This document shows positions 39,235-53,096 of a DNA stretch of 64,000 nucleotides, piece after piece. How positions within the stretch are numbered: position 1 is the first letter of the stretch; the number at the start of each line of letters is the position of its first letter. Made by a program: the position numbers and the translations under genes. The DNA comes from Eledone cirrhosa (lineage: Eukaryota), in NCBI GenBank assembly GCA_964016885.1, contig CAXHJY010001213.1, positions 11,312 to 75,311 on the forward strand, written 5' to 3'. Under the pieces are notes generated by a model. That model was not told the DNA's origin, ran no database searches, and worked only from the letters and a program-made list of their open reading frames with translations.

Positions 39235-40105
39235 AAAGTTATAAACTATTGTAAATAAATAATTATTGTGGCTTGCTTTAAAAACAAAAAAAATACTACA
39301 AATAAAACCTTTATTTATATTAAAAAAATAATTAGGCACAAGGCCAGCAAATTTGGGGGGAAGGGCAAAGTAGATTAATTCAACCCCAGCACTTGACTGG
39401 TCCTTTATGTTATCAACCCCGGAAGGATGAAAGGTAAAGTTAAGTTTAGCGGGATTTGAACTCAGAATGTAAAGAGTCAGTAAAAAATCCTGAAATGGCC
39501 AAGACACGAGTTCTAAGTTTTAAACCGATGTTAAAGTGTCAGTAAAATTACTTATTAATGGTTCTCTATGTTCTGAGTTCAAATCCCACCAAGGTCAACT
39601 TTGATTTTCATCCTTCCGGCGTTGATAAAATAAAATACCAGTCATGTAGTGTGGGATCGATATCATTTCTGGCGTTTTGTTTATGTTAGAAATGATTAAC
39701 TTAACTTAACAATATTTCATGTTATATCGTATTTCTCAAGTATTAATCGCTTCTTTCTGGGCAATCATGCTTCCTTAATTTCTCGTAACTGCTCAACCAA
39801 ACAATCTTAAGGGTAGTTAGAAGATAACCGTTAAAGGCAGATCAGTGTATCTAATACCTGGTATTAAACTACGTTTAATGATTGTGTGCCACATAAAGTA
39901 TAGAAAATGATTACCTGAATAATATTGTTTGTTAAAAAGATTTATATATATTTTTAAATGTAAAGACCGTGACAATCGACAATGAATATTTATGGTGTTA
40001 TTTGGTTACAAATTAGGATATTATATATATATATATGAATGTATGTATATACGTATGTTTGTATGTATGTATGTATGTATGTATGTATGTATGTATGTAT
40101 GTATG

Positions 40106-40162
<57 letters not shown>

Positions 40163-40241
40163 GCGCATATGTATATATTTATCTTTCATTCAAAATGATG
40201 ATGATGAATGAATGATATATATACATTCATATGTATACATA

Positions 40242-40320
<79 letters not shown>

Positions 40321-40649
40321 TACGTGACATAGACACACACTCTGCACTCACATTGTGTATATATGTATGTGTATATATGTATATGTGTAAATGTGTGAGC
40401 TTGTGCAGGTCTAGGTTCGGTGATTTATGTGATGTTCTGATTTAGAGAATTGTATGTCATAGCTTTTCAGCTAATGATCCGGTGAGCTCACGTTCTAGTC
40501 CGGCACTATTACATACTAGAATCTTTTTCAATACGTTCACAGGTATGTATATATGTGTATGCATGTGTGTATGTGCATATGTATATATTTATATGCATGA
40601 GTATATAAATATAAACGCGTAAACACAGACACACTTACAAAAATACACT

Positions 40650-41165
40650 CCCAGACATACATTCACACAAACACACATACATTCACACAAACACACACAT
40701 ACATTTACACAAACACACACATACACATAACACTCACACACAGCGTAGATTTTTTTCGCCATCTCCTTTTTACACACGCATACATTCACACAAACACACA
40801 GACACAAACACATACATTTACACTAACACACACATACACATAACACTCACACAGCGTAGATTTTTTTCCCCATCTCCTTCTTTTTACACACGCATACATT
40901 CACACAAACACACATACATTCACACAAACACACACACACACACATACACAAACACATACATTTACACAAACACACACATACACATAACACTCACACACAG
41001 CGTAGATTTTTTTCCCCATCTCCTTTTTACACACACATACATTCACACAAACACACACATACACACAGACACAAACACATACATTTACACAAACACACAT
41101 ACACATAACACTCACACAGCGTAAATATTTTTCCCCATCTCCTTCTTTTTACACACACACACATT
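40650..41165. repeat. CA-rich minisatellite, about 4 units
   Basis: CACAGCGTAGATTTTTTTCCCCATCTCC recurs at about 40739, 40850, 40996 and 41114. Confidence 0.85.
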
Positions 41166-42249
41166 CAGACAGGCAGCACACGTAAAGGGAGTAGTAGTAT
41201 GAGGTAGTCAAGCTACTCCTCTTTCTTTACGTATTGTGACAGAATGAGTACCAGCAGCAACTGGGATTGGCCTTGTGATGGACTGGAGTTTCGTCTTATG
41301 TTATACACTCGATTAATGTCACATAAAACCAGAATAAGCTCCGACCTGAAGATCTTCATGGCCCAGGGCAGATTTTATATTTAAATATTTTTTTCTCGCC
41401 AGAATCGATAAAATAAATTCTTAAGCTAAAGCCGAAGCCTTCACGTGTTTACCTGACCTGCTAGAAATAGCATCTGAATCTCTTATAATAAGTGGGAAGA
41501 ACACATTAGATATACGTATGTTTGACAGAAGATGCAGTGATCACTGGTGGAAAGCCTTTATGGAGTCGTAGGGCCACCGTCGTGACACACGGTGCATCTC
41601 GGATATTTTAGACCTGGCAGAATTCATCTCTCTCTAGTTCGGAAGACAGCCGAGGTTTTCCAGAGAAAGAAAGAAAGAAAGACAGAGAGAGAGGGAGAAA
41701 GAGAAAGTTTCTGTTATGAAAAATCGGGTAAACTCTTCTATTTCAATGGGAACTAACATAATTAATGTGGTGCGCCTCTTGACAAGAAAGGAAAGAAGGG
41801 CAAGGAAGACAATTCTGTCATTCTAATTTACCCCCACCTCCGCCGTATTGACATACGGCGTTTCTTGGGCATTTTAAGCCTGGCGGAGTCCATCCCTCTC
41901 CAAGCCTAAGTACAGTAGATTTCTTCCAGAAAGAAGAAGAACCGACCCCAGTACTAGACACGTACTTTTTTTATCGACCTCGAAAGGATGAAAGGCAAAG
42001 TTGACGTTGGCGGGATTTGATCTCAGAGAGCAGAGAACCGGAACGAATGCCATAACGCATTTTATCCGACGTTCTAACAACTCTGCCAAAACGCCGCCGT
42101 CATTCTAACTTACCAAAAATTTAAATGGTGATAGGTACTGGGGAATTAATGAGTCTTCTTGGTATGTTGAAATATCAACTAGCGACACTCTCAAGAGTCC
42201 GAAAGCGTATACAAGTTACCACTAGTATTCTGTGTAAAATTAATCAGCA

Positions 42250-42416
42250 TGGAGTTACGGCCCTTTACCGTCTTAGTTCAAATCCCGCTGAGGTTAACTT
42301 TGCCTTTCATCCTTACGGGGTCGATAAAATAAAGCACCAGTAACGTACTGTGGTGGTCGATTTAATCGACTTTCCCCTCCCCTCAAATTACTGGCCTTGT
42401 GCCTATACTAGAAATC
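42250..42416 (+). mobile_element. SINE family 1 copy (another at about 41945-42100, minus)
   Basis: B-box GTTCAAATCC, core and tail motifs. Confidence 0.8.
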
Positions 42417-42956
42417 ATTCTATGTAAAATTTATTAAAAAAAAAAAGAAATGTCACACGAGACTTAGGTTTTCTATTCTGCTTAGTTAATCAAATAACTA
42501 AAACAATATAATTTTTACAAACAATAGTATTTAGTTACTAAGAACAACATCCAACAAATCACTTGCATAAATAAGAAGGTAGTAAACTAAGCCACACACA
42601 CACACACACATATATATATATACACATACACACGTGTATAAATGGTTTTGTTATGCATAAATCTCTTGTTTTATGTGTTTTATGATATATGTATATGTAT
42701 ATGTACATGTATATGTATATATGTAATGTGTATGTATGTACATATATATATATATATATGTATGTACATGTATATATATATATATATGTATATATATGTA
42801 TATATATATATGTATATATATGTATATATATATATACATATACATACATATATACACACACATATAAACGGATGAAAAACCCCAAAGCACGAACTTCATT
42901 CGTTCCCATGTCGATTCAATTTGGATTGCCTCGGAAACAACCTTATTATGTAACAA

Positions 42957-43030
42957 GCTGTCTGATGATGTCACGACACTCGCACACAGAACAGTGTGGC
43001 CAGTGTCGTCATTGAAATATATATCACAGC
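42957..43030 (+). ncRNA. Type I hammerhead ribozyme
   Basis: GCTGT CTGATGA, stem II ACGACACT..CACAC/GTGTG..AGTGTCGT, GAAA TATATA TC ACAGC (AUC site). It sits in a module of about 290 bp between microsatellites. Confidence 0.85.
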
Positions 43031-43155
43031 ATTATTATTAAAGGACTTGAACATCTGAAACTACTTCGCTTTTACTTATTCGATATTTACTCCGTCACTC
43101 CTATGTGGAAAAAGTGCGTTGAGTGCTTGAATTGAATTGCATCAATGTTTACCCT

Positions 43156-43210
<55 letters not shown>

Positions 43211-43219
<9 letters not shown>

Positions 43220-43864
43220 GAAAAGTATAGAAATTGTTGTAGCGAGAAGCTAACAGTATTCCATAACATATATGTGACTATAGCGTCAAAATGGGAAAAT
43301 AGTTAACATAAGATATGGGAAAAATAATTCAGACTCAATTCAAAAGGAATCAGGATATAGATTTATCCAACAGAATTTAGAGAAATCCAGGGAAAAATCA
43401 ATAAAGCCTTAACTCATGATAAAACAAAGTCTAAAGTACTCAACCTTCAATTTGGGACAACTTCAAATGCTCTGTATAGTCTTGAAAAGACTATTTCACG
43501 AAAACTTTCAGTGGAGATGGTCACGGTTGGATTTCGTTCCTCAGCAGAGCTCAACATGGTAACCAAGGTCTCACTGGTAATATGCCAAAAAGGGAATTTA
43601 AAAGCAGGCTAGTTTAACATCATGCGTGGTTATTAAAATAAACGCACATGTGTAAAAACAAGGCTGGAGACGTCAGAATGAGACAAATGTTTGTTTACAT
43701 GAAACAACAGTCAAAAACATTCCGAAAGAAAACTCTACAAAAGGAGTTCAGCAAAAAGCAATATCATCGCGGTTTTTTTCCCCAAAAAAATACCGCGATT
43801 AGTCACAAATAATTTAAGCACTCTAAGAAATAAATCCGAGTATATATATATATATAAATGAAAA

Positions 43865-43869
<5 letters not shown>
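43211..43869 (-). mobile_element. 640-bp non-coding HHR-bearing monomer with terminal direct repeat (retrozyme-like)
   Basis: TATATAAATGAAAAGTATA at 43211 and 43851; flanked by (TA)n; contains the HHR at 43469-43550. Confidence 0.75.
43469..43550 (-). ncRNA. Canonical type I hammerhead with full stem III
   Basis: Minus strand: GCTCTG CTGAGGA ACGAAA..TTTCGT GAAA TAGTC-TTTTCAA-GACTA TA CAGAGC. Confidence 0.9.
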
Positions 43870-43933
<64 letters not shown>

Positions 43934-43961
43934 ATCAAAAGATGGTTAAAAGAGTTCCATG

Positions 43962-44032
43962 TATTTTATTATGCGCATTTCAAAAACAAATATCATCATG
44001 CAATAATATTTGTGTTTTCATCAGATAAAATA
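43962..44032 (-). ncRNA. Type I hammerhead, same family as 32290/32418
   Basis: 43930-44062 is nearly identical to the left arm of the 32256 palindrome but is not folded back. Confidence 0.85.
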
Positions 44033-44150
44033 GGAAGACATGATATGAAGGTTAAAAAACACTTGTGAATAGTGCAGTTTTAAATCAACATATCAGTTTT
44101 AAATCAACATATTTGCATTGCTTTATTGTACTACAATAAAACTCACCTCC

Positions 44151-44186
<36 letters not shown>

Positions 44187-44534
44187 AGTTAATATAAATT
44201 AATATATGATAAACACATAAGTGTTTGTATTGCAAAAGACGAAGTTAGCTAGAATGAAATAAACTAATTAAAATAAATATAGTTTGTCCGTCTCGATATA
44301 AATCAATAAAAACAAGCTCATATTGGCAAAAGTCGTGATTCCTGGACAAATTTAAATTTCAAAATCCAAACCTGCTCCGTAGATGAATTTGAACTTCAAA
44401 ACCTAAATATGTTTCGTAACGGTGGTATAAAAAGTGAAATATTCAAATCTTCTGTGCTTATCAACAGGAATCCAGAAAAATTAGTACATTTCACCTCCAA
44501 AAATTTTGCAGGACTATATATATATATAAAACAA

Positions 44535-45176
44535 TCGCTAAAACAATCTCTATACCTCTCATTTATATTTATACTCGGATTCTTTTCCTGGAGTGCTTAA
44601 ACTATCTGTGACTAATCCCGGTTTTTTTCATAAAAACTGTGATAATTATTGCTATTTTTGCTGAACTCCTTTTGTGGAGTTTTTTTCAGAATGTATTTGA
44701 CTGCTATTTCTTGTAAATAAACATTCACTTACATCCAGACGTCACTAGCCCCGTTTTTTCCCCATGTGCTTTTTCATAACTACACATGATGGCGAACTAG
44801 CCAGTTTTAGAATTCCCTTTTTCGGATTATAATACTGTGAGAGCCCTGGTTTTCTGTTGAGCTCTGCTGATGAATGAAATCCAATCGTGACCATCTCCAC
44901 TTTAAGACTATACAGAGCATTTGTTGTTATTCCAAATTGAAGGATAAGTGTTTTAAACTTTATTTTATCATGAGTTAAAGGTCTATTGATTTTTCCCTGG
45001 ATTGCACTAAATTCTGTGGATGAATTTGTATCCTGATTCTCTTTTGAGATGAGTTTGAATTATTTTTCCTAAATCTTACGTTAACTACTTTTCCCATCTT
45101 GACGTTATAGTCGCATATATGTTATAGAATGCTGTTAGCTTCTCGCTAAAACAATCTCTATACCTCTCATTTATAT
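44535..45176 (+). mobile_element. 608-bp diverged inverted relative of 43211-43869, with terminal direct repeat and partly deleted HHR
   Basis: TCGCTAAAACAATCTCTATACCTCTCATTTATAT at 44535 and 45143. The HHR remnant at 44861-44918 keeps GCTCTG CTGATGA and TA CAGAGC but has lost the stem II 3' strand, the GAAA and the stem III 5' strand. Confidence 0.75.
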
Positions 45177-45539
45177 ATATATATATATATATATACATAT
45201 GTATATGTACACACACACACGCACATACACACACACATATATATATATATTAAAACAAAACACATTTCCTCGAGATCTGCACACAATCTCTTCATCTTGA
45301 GTGTCAAAAAGATGGAAAGAGTTGACAAAGAACGCCACAACAGATGACACAGTGAACAAGCAATAAGGAAGCAATTTTCTTGAAAGCAAAACTGGACTAT
45401 CATCAACAATGTTTGATCAAAGACGATAACGAAGTTAGATATATACACACAGCACGTACACATACACACACGAACACACAAACATAAAGACACGCATACA
45501 CACACAGATACACATACGCAAACAAATGTAGACACACAC

Positions 45540-45573
<34 letters not shown>

Positions 45574-45590
45574 ATATATATATACATATT

Positions 45591-45653
<63 letters not shown>

Positions 45654-45687
45654 ATACATATATATACATATATATATACATATACAC

Positions 45688-45719
<32 letters not shown>

Positions 45720-45751
45720 GTATATATGTATATATATATATAAATATATAC

Positions 45752-45783
<32 letters not shown>

Positions 45784-45797
45784 ATATATACATATAC

Positions 45798-45848
<51 letters not shown>

Positions 45849-46530
45849 TATATATATATGCATATACACACAAACATATATATATATATATACACACACA
45901 CATACATATACATATATATATATAAATAATGTGTGCGTGTATATATATATATATATGTGTATATATAAATATATCTGTATATATATATACACAGTGATAT
46001 ATAGTCTCTGTTTTATTTTCAATTTTCCTCCTGAATAACTTTTACTATTCATATTGATATCTGTTCCTTGTTCAATATATGTAAATGAGATATCTTTCGC
46101 AGATCAATCTCCCCCCCCCCCCCGCGTCTTGTTGGGACTAATACAATGAGATTCTAGGTCTACCAATCAGTCATTTCACCAAACCAATCACTTGTAGCTG
46201 TTGTTATTGTTGTTATTGTCTTCGCCATTGTCGACTTTGTATTTGAAGTCATGGTTGTTGTTGATGGTGTTGTCGCTGTTGTTCTCGTTGTCGTCATCGT
46301 TGTTGTTGTTCTAACGGTATTTGTCATTTTTTAATTGTTATTGTGGTTGATTTTATAGTACTATTTCTAGTGGGAAAATATTCGTAACAGATAAAGGCGA
46401 TAAGATCCAGATCTAGGAGCCGTACGTTCAATGGTTCTACTTTTGCTAATGAAGTTGCGATGGGTTCATGGCTAATATAAATTGTCAAACTAAAAGCGAT
46501 CTTCACCCCAACCTATCTCTCTCTCTCTCT

Positions 46531-46563
<33 letters not shown>

Positions 46564-46567
46564 ATAA

Positions 46568-46755
46568 TAATTGTTTCTACTTTAGGCACAAGGCCAGCAA
46601 TTACCCAGTGCATTACTGGTACTTTATTTTATCGACCCCGTAAGGATGAAAGGTAAAGTTAACCTCGACGGGATTTGAACTCAGAATGGCAAGGGCCGTA
46701 ACTCTATGCGTCGAAGCATGGCGTCCGACCCTCTACTTATACTGCCAATCCACCA
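46568..46755 (-). mobile_element. SINE family 1 full copy
   Basis: Head, core and tail present. Confidence 0.85.
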
Positions 46756-47309
46756 TATATATATATAATAATGATAATAACATTAATAAAGATGCTGATG
46801 TTACATAAATCGTTTATTCATTATAATTATTTGAACGGTTCTCCCATGCAATCAAGATGTAATTCATGCATTTGTTGCTGTTATGAGAACGGTATCCTCA
46901 GATAAAATTCGATTTTGTGATATGGTGCCCGCAGGAAAAAAAACACGTTCTTTTGCTGGTATGTCCAGCAGACATATTAGTTCCTGAAAGGGTCTCCCAG
47001 CCGTCGTGTTTACATATATACTTCGGAACACACACACACACATATATATATATAGTAGAACACTGGGATGTTATATCCGTAGTAGTAGAGCACTCTCTCC
47101 ATTGGACGAGTTCAGTAGAAAGTAGTTTCACAACAGTTAAACCATTTTCGAGACGCGCGTTTCACCTTGGTATGAATGTGGTCTGGTGTTACAATATTCT
47201 GTTTGGGGTGATATGAATTGAAGTGTAAGCTACAGTATATTAAATATGTATGTAATGAAATGTTGTGCGGATGGATATAAAAGTGTAACGTGATTGGTGT
47301 AGTGTGATG

Positions 47310-47520
47310 TCATGTAGTAGTAGTAATAGTAGTAGTTGTGGTGGTAGTGGTGGTAGTGGTGGTAATAGTGGTGGTGATAGTAGTAGTGATAATAGTAGTG
47401 ATAGTAGTGGTGATAGTAGTAGTGATAGTAGTAGTGATAGTAGTAGTGATAGTAGTGGTGATAGTAGTAGTGATAGTAGTAGTGATAGTAGTGGTGGTAG
47501 TGGTGGTAGTGGTGGTCGTA
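47310..47520. repeat. (TAG/TGG/TGA)n trinucleotide repeat
   Basis: Direct observation. Confidence 0.9.
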
Positions 47521-47604
47521 GATGACTACACCAGTTCCGAACACAGAGGAACCAAACGCCCACAGTCATCGCCTCCGTGTCTCCCGCCCTCCCCATTTCC
47601 CACT

Positions 47605-47780
47605 GGGCGGTGGATTGGCAGTATCGGTAGAGGGTCGGACGCTATGCTTTGACGCATAGAGTTACGGCCCTTGCCATTCTGAGTTCAAATCCCGTCGAGG
47701 TTAACTTTGCCTTTCATCCTTACGGGGTCGATAAAATAAAGTACCAGTAATGTACTGGTAATTTGCTGGCCTTGTGCCAA
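47605..47780 (+). mobile_element. SINE family 1 copy abutting the CRE-like element
   Basis: Head and core present; the tail stops at GGCCTTGTGCCAAA where RT sequence begins. Confidence 0.85.
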
Positions 47781-49324
47781 AGGCCCCTCTCAACGTTTGG
47801 TATCTGGATGATGCTACGTTGGGCGGGCCCGTACGGACGGTCTGCAAAGACCTTCAATCGGTGATTCCTACCCTGGCGGGAATCGGCCTCCAGGTCAACT
47901 CGGCCAAGTCGGAGGTGGTGAACGTCAGCCTCGATGCTGTGAGCTTTGCAGCCTCCGTCTTGGACGTGCGGTCCATTCTCCGCCAGGTTCAGGTGACTCC
48001 CCAAAGAGGATGTCCTCATCCTCGGGTCACCGATCCATCCGCCGGCCATCCGCTCCACCATCAGGTCGAGGCTTCAACAACTCCAGACTCTCACGAGCCG
48101 ACTGGGCTTGATTGACGGCCACCCAGCTCCCTTTCTGCTGAGGAACTGCTTCGCCATGCCGAAGCTCTTCTAAACACTCCGCAGCGCTCCATGCTACACC
48201 CAGACATCTCTCCTCGCTGACCTCGATACTTGTATCCGAACAGCAGCCGAGGGGATATGCAACGTCAAGTTTGACGACATAGGGTGGCAACAGGCCACTT
48301 TACCGGTCAGGTATGGCGGCCTAGGCCTCCGGTCCCCGATCTCCTAGCTTTGCCGGCGTATCTTTCGTCGGTAACCTCGTGCCGCGTCCTCGTCAGCAGG
48401 GTTCTTCAAAACACAACAGAACCCTCTGTGTTCAGAGAACGTGAGGCCGCCTGTGAGACGTGGGACCGGTTGGAACTTAGCCCAGTAGACGTCCCTTCTC
48501 CTTCTCCCCCTGTTGACGTCAAGTCCCCCCAACGCACTTGGGATGCCATCCAGAGCAGCCTGGCCTCAGACAGGCTCACGCGCCAGCTCGACCAGCACCG
48601 CCTTGCTTGTTTTCGTGCGGCCTCCAAACCCCACAGTGGTGCCTGGCTCCATGCTCTGCCCTCCTTCTCCACTGGCACGCAGCTAGACAACCATAGCCTG
48701 CGAATCGGCATTTCCCTGAGGCTCGGCCTCCGGATCTGCCAGCCACACCAATGTCGCTGCGGTTCCACCGTGGACTCTTTCGGCCTCCACCCGCTTTCCT
48801 GTCGCCACAGTGCCGGCCACATTCCACGCCATACTGCCCTCAACGAGGTCATTAAGCATGGCTTGGACGCTGCAGGCTTCCCTTCCCAGCTCGAGCCGGT
48901 GGGGCTGGATCGAGGGGACGGCAAAAGGCCAGATGGCATGACCATCTTCCCGTTCCGAGGTGGCAAACCCCTCGTCTGGGATGCCACTTGCACCGACACT
49001 TTCTGCAGCCGCAATCTGGTGCAGTCTGCGACTGACCCAGGTTCTGCTGCACGTCGGGCTGAGGGGGCCAAACTCCTCAAATACCGGTCGCCCGCCGACA
49101 GGTTTGCGGTCGTTCCCCTGGCAGTGGAAACTTCTGGTGTCCTCAGCCCCAGGGCTACCTCCTTACTCACTAACATAGGCGCGGAGCTGGCCAGCCGTAG
49201 GTGTGAGCCCCGCGAGTTGGAGTGGCTTTTCCAGCGCGTCTCCCTTGCCGTCCTCCGGGGAAACGCCTTCTCCATTCTGTCCGCCGGGGCTGTGGGTGGG
49301 CCCCATCGCGTACCATTACATTAG
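47781..49324 (+). pseudogene. 5'-truncated CRE-like non-LTR retrotransposon (RT C-terminus, zinc knuckle, RLE endonuclease)
   Basis: NVWYLDDATLGG, GLQVNSAKSE, HSGAWLHALP, CRCG..HPLSC, RH, KRPDG, WDATC, VPLAVETSG; frameshifts and a stop between 48000 and 48340. Confidence 0.92.
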
Positions 49325-50924
49325 TTAAATACCATTCTTTCACACTGCTACTGTATGTAGTTATCGATGATGTTGATCTTTTTAACAATTGGTTACGACA
49401 GGTAAAGTCGTTTATATTATTTAAGACGGTAGCGTGTGATTTGAGGGAGATCTAGATGCTATTTCTCGTAGAATCAACAACCATGTAGAAATCTTTTCGT
49501 TGGTTTGTCAGGTTTCTCAGAATGATTCTTAGCTCCAGGTGTTCAATCCCTATTAAGCCAACCCATACTCAAAGGTATTTCAGCCATGGTCATCCAGTAT
49601 GGAGGACTATATTACCTAATGTTTTCTCCTTATTTAAGACGGTATCGTGTAATTTAAGTGAGATTTGACTGCTATCTCTAGCAAGTCAAGTGACCTCTTG
49701 TGCAGTGTTGCTGTAGTGTGGTAGTGGCATGTATTGTCGTCATAGTTTAGTTTGAGGTCAGATCATCCCATATTTTTGTAAGTTCAGGTCTTTTCTTTTT
49801 TGAAAAATCATAACAGCATTGATAGGCAAAATAGTTAGAACGTTGAACAAAATGCCCTGTGTTACTTGATCCATCTCTTTGCATTATAAGTTCTAGACCA
49901 GCCGAGGTCAACTTTACTTTCCCCACTTCCAGGGTTGATAAACTAAAGTTTGAGTCTAGGACGGGAGATTGGCAGAATCGTTAGAGTGTTGAGCAAAATG
50001 TCTTACAGTATTTGTTCCAGTTCTTTACGGTCTAAGTTTGCCCGTGTCAACATTGGTACCAAGCTTTATGAACACTTGCCCTTTTCTTGGATAACATCGG
50101 TGGCACCGAGAGGGAGAGTTGCTGCATGAGTAACTGCTTATTTTCAATAAGAAAAATCTCGTCCAGGCCTGCGCCCCGGAAAGGAGCTTTCCAGGTGCAG
50201 ATCCATAGTAACAGTGGAAATACGGATGCTTGAGGGTATAATTTGAAGGAATCTTGGCTGTTATTTTTACATAAGTTTCTACAAGTGCAGTTGTTGGTTT
50301 TGTTGTTTTAATTTCAGGTTAACCCTGTTGGAGTAGCCTTATGATCAAAATTATTTCAGCTTTGACCATCCCATCTTTTCCTTAGCCCCACTGTTTCTAA
50401 GATCAAATTATGAAATCCCTTCTCTTTTATAACACTAAGTGGTGATTTGAGCGAGATTTGACTGCCGTTTCTAGCAAGCTAAAATGACTGTGCAGAGGCT
50501 CCCCTTTGACTAACGTCATGTGCAGTTATGAGGTGTGGTGTGATGGATGCCGTGTGGTGTTGTGTGGCGTGGTATAAATTACACTGTCATGTCATCTAGT
50601 GGAAAAATGGTGGTATGTGTTGCGGTGTGGTTGTGTAATGTTGTGTGGTGTAGAGTGTAGTGGTGTGGTGGAGGAGTGGGACAGAATGGGGCGGTGTCGT
50701 CGGTGTGTCATCATGTGATGTCGTGTGTGGTGCGGTGGAGAATGATGCTGTGTGGTATCATGTGATGTGATTTGATGTGGTGTGGTGGCCTAAGCAAAGG
50801 TGATGGCGACGACGAAGGCGACATCCACGAAAGCAAGCACAAATATTGGAAGATCCACAAAGTCGATGGTGGTGTAGGGGGTGAGGTTGGGAATATTGGA
50901 GACGACAATTACATCATCATCATC

Positions 50925-51450
50925 AGCAGCAGCAACAACAGCATCAATAACAACAACAGCAACAACATTGACGACGAAGACAATAACAACAACAACAACA
51001 ACAATAATAATAATAATAATGATAAGAAAAAGAAAAAGAAAAAGAAAAAGAAAAAGAAAAAGAAAAAGAAAAAGAAAAAGAAAAAGAAAAAGAAAAAGAA
51101 AAAGAAAAAGAAAAAGAAAAAGAAAAAGAAAAAGAAAAAGAAAAAGAAAAATAGAAGAAGAAGAAGAAGAAGAAGAAGAAGAAGAAGAAGAAGAAGAAGA
51201 AGAAGAAGAACTACAATAACAACAACTCTAGCAAGAGCTGCAACAACAACAACAACAACAACAAACAACAGCGGCTGCAACAATAACAACAACAACAGGC
51301 GCATCAATAAAAGAACAAGAACAACTTGTAATACTGGTACTACAAGAACATTTAAAACAAAGACATGTACAACAACAACAACAACAGCAACAACAACAAC
51401 GTTAACTAGAAACAATATAAACTGCAACAACAACAACAATTACAGTTAAT
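50925..51450. repeat. Compound microsatellite (AAC)n/(AAT)n/(AAAAAG)n/(AAG)n
   Basis: Direct observation. Confidence 0.95.
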
Positions 51451-52089
51451 AGTTGTTTAGTTTGTTTACTTGTTTGACAGTTTTATAGAAAAAAAAAGAC
51501 ATTTTGTTTGTTTATTTTCTGTTTTTAGTATCATTCGTTCATTCGATAATTCGGCCATTCTTTCATTCAGTTATTCCTTGGCTTTCCTTGTTCCTTTGCT
51601 TTGGTCGGCCGGCTTGTCATACGACGAAAAATCGTTGCCCTACTCCCCTGCTCCCCTCCTACCTTCCTACCTTCCTTCTTTTCTTATTTTTTCATTCCTT
51701 CTCTTCCCTTCCCCTCACCTTCTATCACTTCTTACACCCCCTCCCTACTTACTCTTCAAACAGATATCCTCATGCGAGGACTTCTCTATACTCCCTTCCT
51801 TGCTATTTCCAAACTTCATACTTCATGCATGCTTAACGTCACCGTCTTCTTCTTCTTCTTCTTCTTCTTCTTCTTCTTCTTCTTCTTCTTCTTCTTCTTC
51901 TTCTTCTTCTCTAATTAGCCATTTAATATGTATAGGAATAAGATGGAATCGTCAGATAAGAACGTGCTCTACTATAGCTGTTGACAAATTGTATGAAAAG
52001 ACCGAGATTAGGCATTTCGGACGATGGCATTTCGGGTGACATAATGATACATTTCGACCTTCCAATATTATCCTCTCATCTAAAACAAC

Positions 52090-52800
52090 AGCCAGCCAAC
52101 ACAACAGCCTTCCAGCCAGCCAAGCAGCCAACTAACCAACCAGCCAGCCAAGCAGCCAGCTAATCAACCAGCCAGTAAACAGCCAGCCAACTAACCAGCT
52201 AACCAGCTGGCAACCCAGCCAACTAACCAACTAACCAGCCAGCCAGCCAGCCAGCCAGCTAACCAGCTAACCAGCTGGCAACCCAGCCAACTAACCAACT
52301 AACCAACCAACCAGCCAGCCAGCCAGTCAGCCAGCTAACCAACCAACCAACCAGCCAGCAATTCAGCCATCAAGCCAGCCAACCAACCAGTCCGCCAGAC
52401 AACCAGTCTGCCAGCCAACCAGCCAACCAGCCAACCAGCCAACAAGCCAGCCAGCCAGCCAATCAACCAGTCTTCCAGTCAACCAGCTAACCAGCCAGCC
52501 AGCCAGCCAACCAGCCAACCAGCCAACCAGCCAACCTCCTGCCAGCCAACCAGTCTGCCAGCCAACCATCCAACCATCCAACCAGCCAACCAACCAGCCA
52601 ACCAGCCAACCAGTCAATCAGTCTGCCAGCCAACCAACCAGCCAGCCAACCAGCCAACCAGTCTGCCGGCCAACCATCCAGCCAGCCAAACAGCCATCCA
52701 GCCAACCAGCCAACCATCCCACCCGCCAACCAACCAACCAAAAACCAGCCAACCAACCAGTCAAGCAACCAGTCAACCAACCATCCAGCCAGCCAGCAAG
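52090..52800. repeat. (CCAG/CCAA)n tetranucleotide repeat
   Basis: Direct observation. Confidence 0.95.
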
Positions 52801-52856
52801 CATTTTTCTACACAACTTTTTCTTTGGTTTTTCTTTTCTTTCATGCACATGTATGC

Positions 52857-52889
<33 letters not shown>

Positions 52890-52955
52890 TGTATGTATGT
52901 ATGTATGTATGTATGTATGTATGTATGTATGTAGGTATGTATGTATGTATGTATG

Positions 52956-53002
<47 letters not shown>

Positions 53003-53060
53003 ATATATATAATTACACACACACACATATATATAAACATATACACATACAAACTATGTT

Positions 53061-53096
<36 letters not shown>

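Noticed and set aside
43211-45176. Single DNA transposon with long TIRs
   Set aside because: The arms are clearly diverged, each has its own terminal redundancy and HHR, and unrelated modules lie between them.
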